Below, piece after piece: positions 45,718 through 55,976 of a stretch of 64,000 bases of DNA. Position 1 is the stretch's first letter; every line of letters starts with the position of its first letter. Origin of the DNA: an uncultured bacterium (GTDB lineage Bacteria; Chloroflexota; UBA5177; JANWHV01); assembly GCA_963827235.1 (NCBI GenBank), contig CAWHAE010000009.1:1184001-1248000 (forward strand), written 5' to 3'. Made by a program: the position numbers and the translations under genes. The notes under the pieces are model-generated. The model did not search any database and was not told the origin of the DNA. It worked only from the letters and a program-made list of their open reading frames with translations.

Positions 45718-47613
45718 ATGTCCCATCGCGCATCGCACGATGGGTTTCATCTCCCGCCTCCCAAGTCCAGGTCGCAAGCGACCGGGTCGCCGTCCGGCCG
45801 CTGGGATACCGCGAAGCGGACCATTCGCGGTACCGCCAGCGGTGTCCCGCGAGTGCTCAGTTTGGTCTGGCGGGCAGATCGGAAGCTGACGCTGATGATG
45901 GCGGTAATGACCGTCGCTCAGGCCGCGGTGCCGGTGTCGCAAGTGTACCTGGCGAAGCTGCTGATCGATGCCGTGGTCACTGCGATCCGCCACAGCGGCG
46001 GCACGGTGAATGCCAGGCCGATCGTCATCCTGGCGCTCCTGCAGCTCGTGGTGGCGGCAGCCAGCAGCCTTTTCACCACGCTCGCCAACATCAGCCAGCA
46101 GCTGCTGCAGGAGCGCGTGTCGCTCGGCGTGCAGCTCCAGGTGATGGAGCAAGCCGGCCGGCTCGACCTGGGCTTCTTCGAGGACGCGAAGTCCTACGAC
46201 CTGCTGCAGCAGGCACAGCAGGAGGCGGCGTCGCGGCCCGTGCAGATGGTGTCCGGCACGTTCGGACTGGTACGCACGGCCCTGACCTTCGTCTCCATGC
46301 TCGGCCTGCTGATTCAGCTCGAGTGGTTTCTGGCCCTGATCGCCCTGCTGGCGCCGGTGCCGGCCTTCGTCTCCAACTCGCGGTACGGCTGGATGGGATA
46401 CATGATGATGCGGCGCCAGTCGCCGGAGCGCCGCCGCATGAACTACCTCACCACTCTGGTTACCACCGACACGTACAGCAAAGAGATCTCGGTATTCACC
46501 CTGGCGGACTTCTTCACCGGGCGATTCAGGGCGATCGCGGATTCGTACTACGAGGAACAGCGGCGGCTGGTCGTTCGCCGCTACCTGGCCGGCTTTGCCT
46601 GGGGCTCGCTGACTATCATCGTAAGCAGCGGCACGTATCTGTACGTTGCTCTGCTGGCCGTGCACGGTAAGGTGACGCTCGGCGACCTCACCCTGTTTAC
46701 CGGTGCCGCAACGTCCGTGCAATCGAACTTTCAGAGCCTGCTGAGCAGTCTCTCCTCCATGTACGAGAACAACCTCTACCTGAACACGTTGTTTGACCTG
46801 CTCAAGATAGAGCCGCAGGTACACAGGCCGGAGAGCCCGGTGCCCGTGCGCAGACCGTTCGTGCAGGGCATCGAATTCCGGCACGTCAGCTACCGCTACA
46901 AGGGTGCCGAACAACCGGCGCTCAGCGACATCAGCTTCACGATCAACCCCGGCGAGACCGTGGCCGTCGTCGGCCGCAACGGTGCCGGCAAGACGACGCT
47001 CGTCAAGCTCGTGGCGCGACTCTACGATCCGGAGGAGGGCCAGGTGCTGATCGACGGGCAAGACGTGCGCGACTACGATCCGGACGACCTGCGTTCCGAG
47101 ATCGGCGTCATCTTCCAGGACTACGCGACCTACTATCTCAGCGCGCGCGAGAATATCGGCGTGGGGCGGCTGGAGCGCATCGACGACCTTGCCGCAGTGC
47201 GCGACGCTGCCGAGCACGGCGGGGCAACCTCGCTGATCGAACGCCTGCCCGAGGGCTATGAGTCGCTGTTGGGCCGATGGTTCGACCAGGGGCACCAGCT
47301 GTCCGGCGGCGAGTGGCAGAAGGTGGCGCTCTCTCGCGCCTTCATGCGCGAGGCGCAGATCTTGATCCTGGACGAGCCGACGGCGGCGCTCGACGCGAAG
47401 GCCGAGTACGACCTGTTCGCCCGGCTGCGCGAGCTGACCAAGGGGCGCACCGCGATCTACATCTCGCACCGTTTCTCCACCGTGCGTATGGCCGACCGTA
47501 TTCTGGTGATCGAACACGGCCGCCTGGTGGAGCAGGGTAGCCACGAGGAGCTGATGCGTCTCAACGGGCGTTACGCCGAGCTGTTCACTCTGCAGGCCGC
47601 AGCTTATCGATAA
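45718..47613 (+). CDS. ABC exporter, fused permease/ATPase (MdlB-like)
   Basis: TM domain, GRNGAGKTT, LSGGEWQKVALSRAF, ILDEPT, ISHRFSTV. Confidence 0.95.
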   Translation: MSHRASHDGFHLPPPKSRSQATGSPSGRWDTAKRTIRGTASGVPRVLSLVWRADRKLTLMMAVMTVAQAAVPVSQVYLAKLLIDAVVTAIRHSGGTVNARPIVILALLQLVVAAASSLFTTLANISQQLLQERVSLGVQLQVMEQAGRLDLGFFEDAKSYDLLQQAQQEAASRPVQMVSGTFGLVRTALTFVSMLGLLIQLEWFLALIALLAPVPAFVSNSRYGWMGYMMMRRQSPERRRMNYLTTLVTTDTYSKEISVFTLADFFTGRFRAIADSYYEEQRRLVVRRYLAGFAWGSLTIIVSSGTYLYVALLAVHGKVTLGDLTLFTGAATSVQSNFQSLLSSLSSMYENNLYLNTLFDLLKIEPQVHRPESPVPVRRPFVQGIEFRHVSYRYKGAEQPALSDISFTINPGETVAVVGRNGAGKTTLVKLVARLYDPEEGQVLIDGQDVRDYDPDDLRSEIGVIFQDYATYYLSARENIGVGRLERIDDLAAVRDAAEHGGATSLIERLPEGYESLLGRWFDQGHQLSGGEWQKVALSRAFMREAQILILDEPTAALDAKAEYDLFARLRELTKGRTAIYISHRFSTVRMADRILVIEHGRLVEQGSHEELMRLNGRYAELFTLQAAAYR

Positions 47614-47817
47614 GCCGGAAATGGCGCCGTTGGACGACTGAGCGCCTGGATGGTACACCGTTCTTGGCGGCAGTGCTTCGTTGCCGTGGGGTGAAGCGGT
47701 CCGTCCCGTAGTGGTGGAGTCTGAGACCGTGGGTCTTCGAGGCGGCAGTTACGCGCTTCTCGCGTGCTGTTCCGGCCGGCTACAGGCCGGCGTGTTCGAG
47801 CGCCGGACGTGGCTGCC

Positions 47818-48783
47818 ATGACGATGGCAGCCGTGCCGATCGGCGCCGGCCCACACGCGGATCTGGCGCGCGTGGAGTTCGAGCTGGCCGAGATCGGCCA
47901 GGACGCGGGGCCCCTGCTGAGGGCCGCGATCGCGCACCACCTCTCGGCCGGCGGCAAGCGGCTTCGCCCGCGCATGGCCATGCTGGCAGGGGGCCTGATC
48001 GGCGGCGAGGTGGCCGATCGCCTGGTGCGGTTTGCCGCGGTGACCGAGCTGGTACACGCGGCGTCGCTGGTGCACGACGATACCCTGGACGACGCGGCAA
48101 CCCGCCGGGGCGTCGAGACCGTGCGTTCGCGCTGGGGGAGTCACATTGCCGTGCTGGTCGGCGATTATCTCTTTGCTCAGGCGGCGATCCACACGGCGAA
48201 TCTGGGCAGCCTGCGGCTGATGGCGCTCCTGGCGGAGACCATCCAGTCACTGGTGCAAGGCGAGCTTGCCCAGATGAGCGCCGCCTACCGCATTGAAGCC
48301 AGCGCGGAGAACTACGAATCGCGCATCGCCGCCAAGTCCGCGAGCCTGTTCGTTTTGGCCGCCGAGGGCGGCGCGGAGTGCGGTGGGGCGACCGGCAGCC
48401 AGGCCCTGGCCATGCGCGACTACGCGCACAATCTGGGCCTGGCGTTTCAGATTGCCGACGACGTACTGGACTACACGGCCACCACGGAAGAGCTGGGCAA
48501 GCCGGCAGGCAGCGACCTGAAGAACGGCGTGGTGACGCTGCCGGCCCTCTACTACCTGGAGCCGCTGCCGCCCGAAGCGTGGGAGCGACGCCTCGTAGAA
48601 GAGGGCGGCGACGTGTCGCCCGTCGTCGCCGCCATCCAGGCGTCGACGGCGCCTGCGCGCGCGCTGTCTCACGCTCACCGGCTCGCGGAGCGGGCAGCCG
48701 CCGCGCTCGACGTCTTTCCGCCCTCCGCCGAGCGGTCGGGTCTGCTCAACCTGGCTGCCGCCGCCGTGAGCCGGCGAGCATAG
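47818..48783 (+). CDS. Trans-polyprenyl diphosphate synthase
   Basis: GGKRLRP, LVHDDTLD (FARM), RRG, GDYL, FQIADDVLD (SARM), GKP.GSDL. Confidence 0.94.
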   Translation: MTMAAVPIGAGPHADLARVEFELAEIGQDAGPLLRAAIAHHLSAGGKRLRPRMAMLAGGLIGGEVADRLVRFAAVTELVHAASLVHDDTLDDAATRRGVETVRSRWGSHIAVLVGDYLFAQAAIHTANLGSLRLMALLAETIQSLVQGELAQMSAAYRIEASAENYESRIAAKSASLFVLAAEGGAECGGATGSQALAMRDYAHNLGLAFQIADDVLDYTATTEELGKPAGSDLKNGVVTLPALYYLEPLPPEAWERRLVEEGGDVSPVVAAIQASTAPARALSHAHRLAERAAAALDVFPPSAERSGLLNLAAAAVSRRA

Positions 48784-49032
48784 CTCGAGACGAGCCGCCG
48801 GACCGGGGTGCGGCCGCGCCACTTGGCCCAGGCCCGCGAGCAAGAGTCAGGCACTACCTCAGCACGCACTCTATGCCCTTCGGACAAAGTGATGGCGCGC
48901 CCGGAAGCCGGCCCTTAGTCAGGCCAAGGTGGAGCCCGCAGGGGCGGAGTGAGCTCCGCGCTTGGCGGGCCCTGAGGCTCCCCAGGATGGATCGTGGGTC
49001 ATCCTATGGGGGGTTCCCAGCGTGGCTTGCCT

Positions 49033-49641
49033 TTAGAACGGCATGCCGGCTTCGACAAAGGCGAGATTGGCGTCGAACTGCTCCCACACGTCGACGGTTG
49101 CGTCTTCGATCGCGGAGGTGAACGTGGCAAGAGATACGCCCATCAGCACCCCGGCAAACGTGCGCACCCGGTAATCGTCCGGAGCGCAGTCAACGCGCTC
49201 CGCCAGGGCCTCCGCCACGAGCTGCATGCTGCGGACGAGCTCGTCGAGCATGGCCGCTCGCAGCTCGGGCACCGCGCGAGCCAGCGCCTGGCGCTCCCAG
49301 AGCTCTGCCATGTCCGCAGCGGAAAGCTGCTTGAACACCGCCTGGAAGGCCCGCCTGACGACCTGAAGCGGGGTAAGCTCGGCAGGCTGCTGCCGGACGA
49401 CCTCTTCGATCATGGCGTCGTAGAGATCCCGTACTACCACGTCCTCTTTGGTGGGGAAGTAGCGGAAGAACGTGCTGGGCGAAACCTCGGCGGCCTCGGC
49501 GATCTGCTCTACCGTGGTCTCGTTGTACCCCTGCTCGCGGAAGAGGCGCAGGGCCTGCTGCTGGATGGTGGTGAAGGTCCTGGCCCTCTTCCGCTCGCGC
49601 AGGCTGCGCGCCGGTTTGTCCGCCTTAGGCAACGATTTCAT
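49033..49641 (-). CDS. TetR family transcriptional regulator
   Basis: LRERKRART, GYNETTVEQIAEAAEVSPSTFFRYFPTKED. Confidence 0.95.
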   Translation of the reverse strand: MKSLPKADKPARSLRERKRARTFTTIQQQALRLFREQGYNETTVEQIAEAAEVSPSTFFRYFPTKEDVVVRDLYDAMIEEVVRQQPAELTPLQVVRRAFQAVFKQLSAADMAELWERQALARAVPELRAAMLDELVRSMQLVAEALAERVDCAPDDYRVRTFAGVLMGVSLATFTSAIEDATVDVWEQFDANLAFVEAGMPF

Positions 49642-51175
49642 GTTCCAATTCTACCTGCTTGGCGCGATCGCCCGAGGGTGCCACGCCGCGGCGCGGCAGG
49701 AAGGCGAGCGCCAGCACCACGCCGACTACGCCGACCCCGGCGCAGACCACGAGCAGCTCATCCATGCCGTGCACGTAGGCGGATTGCACCGAGCGCAGCA
49801 GATCGCCCGATCCGAGCCGGCGCGCCACGGCAACCCCGGCCGATACGCTGTCGCGAGCGGTGCTCGCCAGTCCGGCCGGCAGCCTGGAGACGTCGAGCTT
49901 CGCGCGATAGGTGGTGTTGAGAATGGTGCCGAGTATGGCCACGCCGATCGTGGCGCCCACCTGGCGCATGGCCATGATCAGGGCGGAGCCGGCGCCACTG
50001 CGCTCCGCGGAGAGCACGCTCATCGCCGCATCCATGGTAGCCGGCAGTGCGAAGCCCATCCCCATGCCGACGACGAAGATCCACACCACGACGAAGCCAT
50101 AGCCGGACTCCACGGTGGTGGCGGCACCCAGCCCCAGGCCAAGGGCGAGAAGCGAGAAGCCTGCCGCGGCGGTGAGCTTGGCACCGAGGCGCGGAGCCAG
50201 CCTGTCGGCCGACTGAGAGCCGACGAGCAGTCCCGCGATAATCGGAATGAGCCGTATGCCGGTGCCTAGGGCATCGGAGCCGGTCACCGCCTGGAAGAAC
50301 TGCGGCCCGGCAAAGAGCACGCCGAACATGGCAAACGACACCGCCGTGGCCAGCAGCGTGCCCCAGGTGAAGTTTGCCGAGCGAAAGAGGGTAAGGTCGA
50401 CCAGCGGCCGGCCGGCCCTGACCGCTGAGACGTGCCGCTCCCAGAGCACGAACGCGGCAAGCACGCAGGCCCCACCGGCCAGAGCCGCCACGGTCCCGGG
50501 ATCGCCCCAGCCCTTTTCGCCGGCCTCGATGCAGCCATAAGTCACGGCCGCCAGTCCCACGCAGGAAGCGAGCATGCCTCCGACGTCGAGATGGGGCCGC
50601 TCGGCGCTGCGCGATTCCGGCAGGAGCACAAGCACTGCGGCGAAGCCCAGCAGGGTGATGGGGACGTTGATCAAGAAGACCGAGCCCCACCAATAGTTGC
50701 TGAGCAACCAGCCGCCGAGAATCGGACCAATGGGAAAGCTGAGCGCGTTGGCCGTTATCCAGATGGCAAGGGCCCTGGGCCGCTCCTCCTCCGTGAAGAT
50801 CACCGGCAGGACGGCAAGCGAGAGGGGCATCATGAAGGCCCCGCTGAGTCCGAGCATCGTACGCGCGACGATGAGCGCTCCGGCGGTGGGTGCATACGCG
50901 CAGGCAGCGGAGGATGCGCCGAACGTGAGAAGCGCGGCAAGCAAGAGCCTCTTGCGGCCGAACCGGTCGCCGAGCAGCCCGGCGGGCAGCAGTAGCGCGG
51001 CGAGCGCCAGGCTATAGGCATCGACGAACCACTGTAGTTGCGAGGTGGTGGCGTGGAGCGCCGTCGACAGGGTGGGCAGGGCGATGTTGATGATAGTGGC
51101 GTCAAGTCCGACGGCCAGCATGCTGAGGGCGAGGGCGGCCAGTGCCCACCACTTGCGAGTTCCCAGATCGTTCAT
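49625..51175 (-). CDS. DHA2 (EmrB/QacA-type) MFS efflux transporter
   Basis: LDATIINIALP, GLLGDRFGRKR, GPILGGWL, FLINVP, RQVGATIGVA; ~14 TM. Confidence 0.95.
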   Translation of the reverse strand: MNDLGTRKWWALAALALSMLAVGLDATIINIALPTLSTALHATTSQLQWFVDAYSLALAALLLPAGLLGDRFGRKRLLLAALLTFGASSAACAYAPTAGALIVARTMLGLSGAFMMPLSLAVLPVIFTEEERPRALAIWITANALSFPIGPILGGWLLSNYWWGSVFLINVPITLLGFAAVLVLLPESRSAERPHLDVGGMLASCVGLAAVTYGCIEAGEKGWGDPGTVAALAGGACVLAAFVLWERHVSAVRAGRPLVDLTLFRSANFTWGTLLATAVSFAMFGVLFAGPQFFQAVTGSDALGTGIRLIPIIAGLLVGSQSADRLAPRLGAKLTAAAGFSLLALGLGLGAATTVESGYGFVVVWIFVVGMGMGFALPATMDAAMSVLSAERSGAGSALIMAMRQVGATIGVAILGTILNTTYRAKLDVSRLPAGLASTARDSVSAGVAVARRLGSGDLLRSVQSAYVHGMDELLVVCAGVGVVGVVLALAFLPRRGVAPSGDRAKQVELEHEIVA

Positions 51176-51193
51176 GGCAGCTCGTTCCTTTCG

Positions 51194-51252
51194 GTAGTAA
51201 CCATCTAATAGTAGTTACTACTGAAAGCCTATTGATGTCAATAGGATGTCAA
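51194..51252. promoter_or_regulatory. Probable TetR operator/promoter region of the MFS-TetR operon
   Basis: Inverted repeat GTAGTAAC-N12-GTTACTAC 51194-51221; palindrome CCTATTGA-TG-TCAATAGG 51228-51245; two TTGACA on the minus strand. Confidence 0.7.
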
Positions 51253-51397
51253 TAGTACCAAGTCGGTGCGCGCACATGCGATCGCCGGTTGGACGTAGGT
51301 CCGGCCTGGGCGGCGCACCAGCGCTGCACGTGAACGGCAGGGCATCACATGCCGCACGAGCTTGCCGGATGGTCGACGCAGCAAGCGCAGTGTGCGG

Positions 51398-54300
51398 CTA
51401 CCGCTCCACGTGACCGCGGCCCTGCTCGGTGAGCACGACGCAGGGCCTCTGATCCCTGTAGCTGGCGGCAAGCAGGCCTTCCCGGAGCAGGGCGTCGATC
51501 TCCCGCGTGATCGACGCCTGGGTTTGCCCGGTCAGGGCACCGAAGAGCCTGCAACGCTCCGGCTCTATGGGGCTGCTGCCTGCACCGGCAAGGATTCTGC
51601 TGAGACCGGTTCTGCCGGCGGCAAAGGGCAACTCGTCGACGAGATGCAGGATCGCGTCGCGCGGACTCAGACCCGTCACGCGCGGTGCCGCCGGCTGCGC
51701 CGGCACGCGCCGTTCGGCCCGGCGTCCCTTGGGCTCGCAGACATCGCACCGGCCACACGCCGCGGGGGCGGGCACGCCGAAGTGCCGCGCGATGACCCTG
51801 TTCCGGCACCCGGCAGTATCGATATAGCGAGCGAGCGCCCGGGCGCGGGCATCGGCAGCGCGGTCCATGGTCGCCAGAATCTCGTCCAGTCGCCCAGCAG
51901 CATCTGCCGGCACGGGGTCTGTCAGCACGATCTGCATTGAGGAGCGGGAGGTGGTGTAGCGGAGCACTCCCTGGTCCTGACACTGCAGCAGCAACTGTTC
52001 CACCAGGTCCGCCGAAGTACCCAGGTCTCGTGCCGCCTCGTCCACGCGCAGGCTGCGCTGGCGTCCCACCTGAAGGTGCAACGCCGCGGCTAGATCGTTG
52101 GCCTGCCGGTCCCGCGGATCACGCGACAGCATGATCGTCACCTCGCGTGGAACGTCGAGGCCGCGCGTCACGAACCCCGCTCGCTCCAGCACGCTGAGAC
52201 CGACCCGCGTCGTCGTCTCCGTCCGATCGCTTTCTTCGCCGGCGTACAGCAGCGACCTGCCTTCGACAGGTCCGCCGGCGCTCTCGGTGACCGCGCGCCG
52301 CACTCGCCTGTACAGCTCGCGCAAGCCGTCGATCTGCACGTGATCCTCGCGAGCCCGGCGAGTGAGCGTGCCCTTGTCCGACGGCGTGGCGAAGAGCACG
52401 CAGTGTGCAGGCCGGCCGTCTCGGCCGGCGCGGCCCGCCTCCTGGGTGTACGCTTCCAGCGAGTCCGAAGGCTGGTAGTGGACGATGAACCGGATGTCAC
52501 GCTTGTTGACGCCCAGGCCGAACGCGATCGTGGCTACCAGGACACGCACCTGCCCTGCCATGAACGCATGCTGCGCGGACTCGCGCTCGGCGGCCGTCAT
52601 GCCGGCGTGGTAATGGATCGCGCTTTCGCCCAGCCGGCGCAAGGTAGCTGCCAGGTGCTCGCAGCGATCGCGGCTGCCGGCATAGATGATTCCGGGGCCC
52701 GGAGCGCGACGCACGAACTCCAGGACACGCGAGCGCTTCTCCCGATCGTTTGCGACCTTGCACACCTCGAGGAAGAGGTTGTCGCGCAAGACACCGGTGT
52801 TTACCACGGCCAACGGACGGCCGAGCGTGTGGGCGATTTCCGCCTGCATATCGGCGGTGGCAGTGGCGGTGACGGCAAGGATCCTTGGCTTCCCGAGCAA
52901 CTCCGCTACCTGGCCGATGGCAAGGTAGTCGGGTCGAAAGGCATGCCCCCACAGGCTGAGGCAGTGGGCTTCGTCGATGACCAGCAGGGAGATGCCGGCA
53001 CGTTTCAGTGCATGGACCAGCCGGGCCTGTCGCAGCCGCTCTGGAGCGACGTAGACCAGGCTATAGTCGCCTGCTGCCAACCGCCGGTATCGGGTTTCCA
53101 GCTCGGCGGCCGGCAGTGTGCTGTTGATCACGCAGGCGCGCTCGGCCAGAGCCGGAATGTCGGCCAGACCGGCAACCTGGTCGGCCATCAGCGCGACGAT
53201 CGGCGAGACGACGAGCACGACACCGGGCAATACCAGCGCCGGCAGCTGGAAGCAGAGGGATTTTCCGGCGCCGGTCGGCATGATGGCCAGCGTATCTTTG
53301 CCGTCACTCAGCACCGAGCGCAGTACTGCCGCCTGGCCGGTCCGGAAGGAGCCATGCCCAAAATGCTCGTAGAGAACGCCGGTCAGGTACTCGGGAGGGA
53401 TCTCGTTCGCGTCGACCGCGAGCCGGGCAAGCATGTCTGCTCCCGGAACGGCGGCGACACGGACTGCATCGGCCCGCGACTTATCGGCCTCGGCGCGGCC
53501 GGACACGGTGCGCCGAGCAGATCGTGCCTCGGCCAACTGTGCTCGCACCCGTTCGGCCAGCTTGCCGATGGCGGCGTGGATCGCGGACTCCGCCCATTCG
53601 CGCTCCTCGGGACAGAGATCTGCCAGCCCGCGGAGCAGTGCAGGCCTGGCCTCCGCACCGCCGATCTCGACGGCATCGCGCAGCAGGGCAGCCGCGCCGG
53701 CCGCGTCTCCCGTCCGAGCAAGGGCGCCGGCAAGGCCGGAGAGGGCTTCGGGATGGTCCGGGCGTTGAGCCAGCGCCTCGCGGAACGCATGCTCGGCCTC
53801 GGTCGGGCTTCCGCGAGCAATGGCGAGGTGGCCGCGGGCCAGTGCCGGTGCTACGGACTGCTGCTCGGTAATAGACTCGATACCATGGGCATCCTCGGCG
53901 GCCGCCTCGATATCGCCGGCTGCGACATGTGCCTGCAGCATGATCATGCGCGGCAGGTAGCTGTCGCGCGTCTGCCGGCGCAGCTCGGCGCAGGCCAGCG
54001 CCTCGGGGATCCGACCGGCGCGCACGAGCAGTCGCGCCCATAGGTCGCGCTCGGTGAGCCCGGCCGTGCCCTGGCCGTCCGGGAAGAGCTGCTCGAGCAC
54101 GGCCAAGCCGGCGTCCGGCCCGCCGTATTCGGCTGCCAGCAAGACCAGTCCGGTTCGCAACCGGCTGTTCCAGGTCGCCGGATCGTCGTCCGGCAGCAGG
54201 GCGAGACCGAAGAGCGCCAGCGGGCTCGACGAGGCGCTGCTGCCATCCACTCTCGGTGCGAAGTCGGCGAACGTTCGTCCTTTCAGGTAATCGGGAAAGG

Positions 54301-54985
54301 TGTGGACGCCGGTGATCTGCACGGAGCAGAGCCCCGGATGTTTCTCCCAGCCGCGAGCCAGGCCGAGGCGGAGGAAGACGTCCCGCTCTTGCAGTATCCC
54401 GAGCAGATCGCGCGCGATCTGCTCGGGAGCGCGTCCGCACTCGCCCTGGCGGTCGATATAGTAGCGCCAGGCCAGGTCGGTGACGGCCAGCCAGTAGACG
54501 GTGCCGCTGCCGTCCACGAACCCGAGCCGGTATCGTGCCGTGCCGTCCTTGCTCTCGTAGGTGCCGCCCAGCACATCGCGTGGTCGAAGCGTGCCGAGCG
54601 ATCGGGGCCCGCTGCCGTCCATCACGTAGTGTCCCGGTTCCCGATGAATCGGCTGGCCGAAGACTGCCTCAACCGATTCGCGTGTGGTGGCTTGGAGCAG
54701 GTCGCGCCAGGCGGAATCCGGCAGCCGCCGGACGAAGGTCACGGAGTGCGGCGCGAACGGCACGTCTTCGGTGTGCGGTGGACTTGGAGTCGGCTCGCCG
54801 AGGTCGAGCTCGACTTCGGCCCCCGGGAAGACGATCGGTTTGCCGGGCAGGCCCAGCATGTACTCGAGAATACCGGGCGGCGGAAGGACCGGTCGAACGC
54901 ACTGCACGCCGGGATCATAGCCCGCCACGCACACGCGTCCCTCCTGCATGCGCGTCAGGTCCGTGATCACGAGGCGCTTCTTCAC
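51398..54985 (-). CDS. Fusion protein: N-terminal dual-OB-like domain, TPR-like region, RecQ helicase (Zn-binding and RQC, no HRDC)
   Basis: N-term LVITDLTRMQEGRVCVAG..VRPV..PHTED..RSLG..LAVTD..LRLGLAR; MPTGAGKS, DEAH, TATA, YHAGM, QEAGRAGRDG, CRN..F..CGRCDVC; GTG start overlaps upstream stop (GTGA). Confidence 0.85.
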   Translation of the reverse strand: MKKRLVITDLTRMQEGRVCVAGYDPGVQCVRPVLPPPGILEYMLGLPGKPIVFPGAEVELDLGEPTPSPPHTEDVPFAPHSVTFVRRLPDSAWRDLLQATTRESVEAVFGQPIHREPGHYVMDGSGPRSLGTLRPRDVLGGTYESKDGTARYRLGFVDGSGTVYWLAVTDLAWRYYIDRQGECGRAPEQIARDLLGILQERDVFLRLGLARGWEKHPGLCSVQITGVHTFPDYLKGRTFADFAPRVDGSSASSSPLALFGLALLPDDDPATWNSRLRTGLVLLAAEYGGPDAGLAVLEQLFPDGQGTAGLTERDLWARLLVRAGRIPEALACAELRRQTRDSYLPRMIMLQAHVAAGDIEAAAEDAHGIESITEQQSVAPALARGHLAIARGSPTEAEHAFREALAQRPDHPEALSGLAGALARTGDAAGAAALLRDAVEIGGAEARPALLRGLADLCPEEREWAESAIHAAIGKLAERVRAQLAEARSARRTVSGRAEADKSRADAVRVAAVPGADMLARLAVDANEIPPEYLTGVLYEHFGHGSFRTGQAAVLRSVLSDGKDTLAIMPTGAGKSLCFQLPALVLPGVVLVVSPIVALMADQVAGLADIPALAERACVINSTLPAAELETRYRRLAAGDYSLVYVAPERLRQARLVHALKRAGISLLVIDEAHCLSLWGHAFRPDYLAIGQVAELLGKPRILAVTATATADMQAEIAHTLGRPLAVVNTGVLRDNLFLEVCKVANDREKRSRVLEFVRRAPGPGIIYAGSRDRCEHLAATLRRLGESAIHYHAGMTAAERESAQHAFMAGQVRVLVATIAFGLGVNKRDIRFIVHYQPSDSLEAYTQEAGRAGRDGRPAHCVLFATPSDKGTLTRRAREDHVQIDGLRELYRRVRRAVTESAGGPVEGRSLLYAGEESDRTETTTRVGLSVLERAGFVTRGLDVPREVTIMLSRDPRDRQANDLAAALHLQVGRQRSLRVDEAARDLGTSADLVEQLLLQCQDQGVLRYTTSRSSMQIVLTDPVPADAAGRLDEILATMDRAADARARALARYIDTAGCRNRVIARHFGVPAPAACGRCDVCEPKGRRAERRVPAQPAAPRVTGLSPRDAILHLVDELPFAAGRTGLSRILAGAGSSPIEPERCRLFGALTGQTQASITREIDALLREGLLAASYRDQRPCVVLTEQGRGHVER

Positions 54986-55422
54986 AAGTGGACGATCTCC
55001 ACGCCGGGCCAGTGTGCTGCCAAGCGCTCGGCCACGAGGCGCCGGTGACAGTGTTGCGCCGTGGACTCGCTGCACAGCAGGCACGAGGTCAGCGTCTCGA
55101 ACTCCGACCGATCCAGCACGCCGGGCACGCCCCGCTCCACCATCAAGGCATCGAACCGTCCCACGTAGGTAGCCCAGTCGGTGCCGGCACGATAGTCCTG
55201 AAGCAGCTCCTTGGTCGGAGCGAGCACCGGCATGTGGACGTACCCGCAGCCGTTCGCCAGTCTGGAGAGGAAATAGGGCAGATCATCTCTGCGGGCGAAG
55301 CCGGAAAGCTGCCCGTCCGGGCTGAGCCGGATATCGACCACACGCTGGATCGCATGCCGGCACAGCAAGCCGAAGAACGCTTCCGCTCGTTTCTGAGTGA
55401 AGCCGATCGTGTAGAGTTTCAT
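54982..55422 (-). CDS. DUF488 family protein (short type)
   Basis: MKLYTIGFTQKRAEAFF, VDIRL, QLSGFA, LAPTKELL, LLCSE....CHRRLVAE. Confidence 0.9.
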   Translation of the reverse strand: MKLYTIGFTQKRAEAFFGLLCRHAIQRVVDIRLSPDGQLSGFARRDDLPYFLSRLANGCGYVHMPVLAPTKELLQDYRAGTDWATYVGRFDALMVERGVPGVLDRSEFETLTSCLLCSESTAQHCHRRLVAERLAAHWPGVEIVHL

Positions 55423-55430
55423 GGCTCTCC

Positions 55431-55976
55431 CTAGAATAGAGACTGCTGTATGACGGCAGGCGCGTCGACCGATTTCAAGATCGTGCGCGCCGCGAACACC
55501 GTGCCGTCACCGCGGACGTGCCGCACCTCCACCTCGGGATAGTTGGCGAGGAGATAGCGGGCGATCAGGTGATGCCGGTGGCATTGCGCGGGATCCTCCT
55601 CGCTACACAGGACCGCAACGGACTCCGACGCGGCGATCTCCAGCAAGCGCGCGATCCCCTTGAGGAACCATTCTCGCTGCATGACTGCCGGATAGTCGAC
55701 CTCATGCAGGAAGTCCGCGTCGTCGCCGGGAAGCTCGCCGCTCTTGTAGCAGGTGGGATCGGCGGGCCGCCCTCCCAGATGTTTGCCGCCATACGCATAC
55801 CCGACGTGATGCTGGGCAAGGAGCGTTTCCAGGCTGCCTTTATTGAACTGTGGGTTGTAGCGGCTATACGGCGCCGACCGCACGTCCACCACGCTGGTCA
55901 CGCCGGTCGTCCGCAGCAGCTCGATGAGCCTCTCCGCGCTGTGATTGCTATGGCCTATCGTGAAGATCGTCGTCAT
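55431..55976 (-). CDS. DUF488 family protein (long type)
   Basis: IFTIGHSNH, VDVRSAPYSRYNPQFN, LGGRP, LCSEEDPAQCHRHHLI. Confidence 0.92.
   Translation of the reverse strand: MTTIFTIGHSNHSAERLIELLRTTGVTSVVDVRSAPYSRYNPQFNKGSLETLLAQHHVGYAYGGKHLGGRPADPTCYKSGELPGDDADFLHEVDYPAVMQREWFLKGIARLLEIAASESVAVLCSEEDPAQCHRHHLIARYLLANYPEVEVRHVRGDGTVFAARTILKSVDAPAVIQQSLF

Noticed and set aside
45688-47658. Long antisense ORFs (656 aa here; also 7434-8849, 28376-30007, 52340-54043)
   Set aside because: Shadow frames of well-supported genes, expected in high-GC DNA; no motifs
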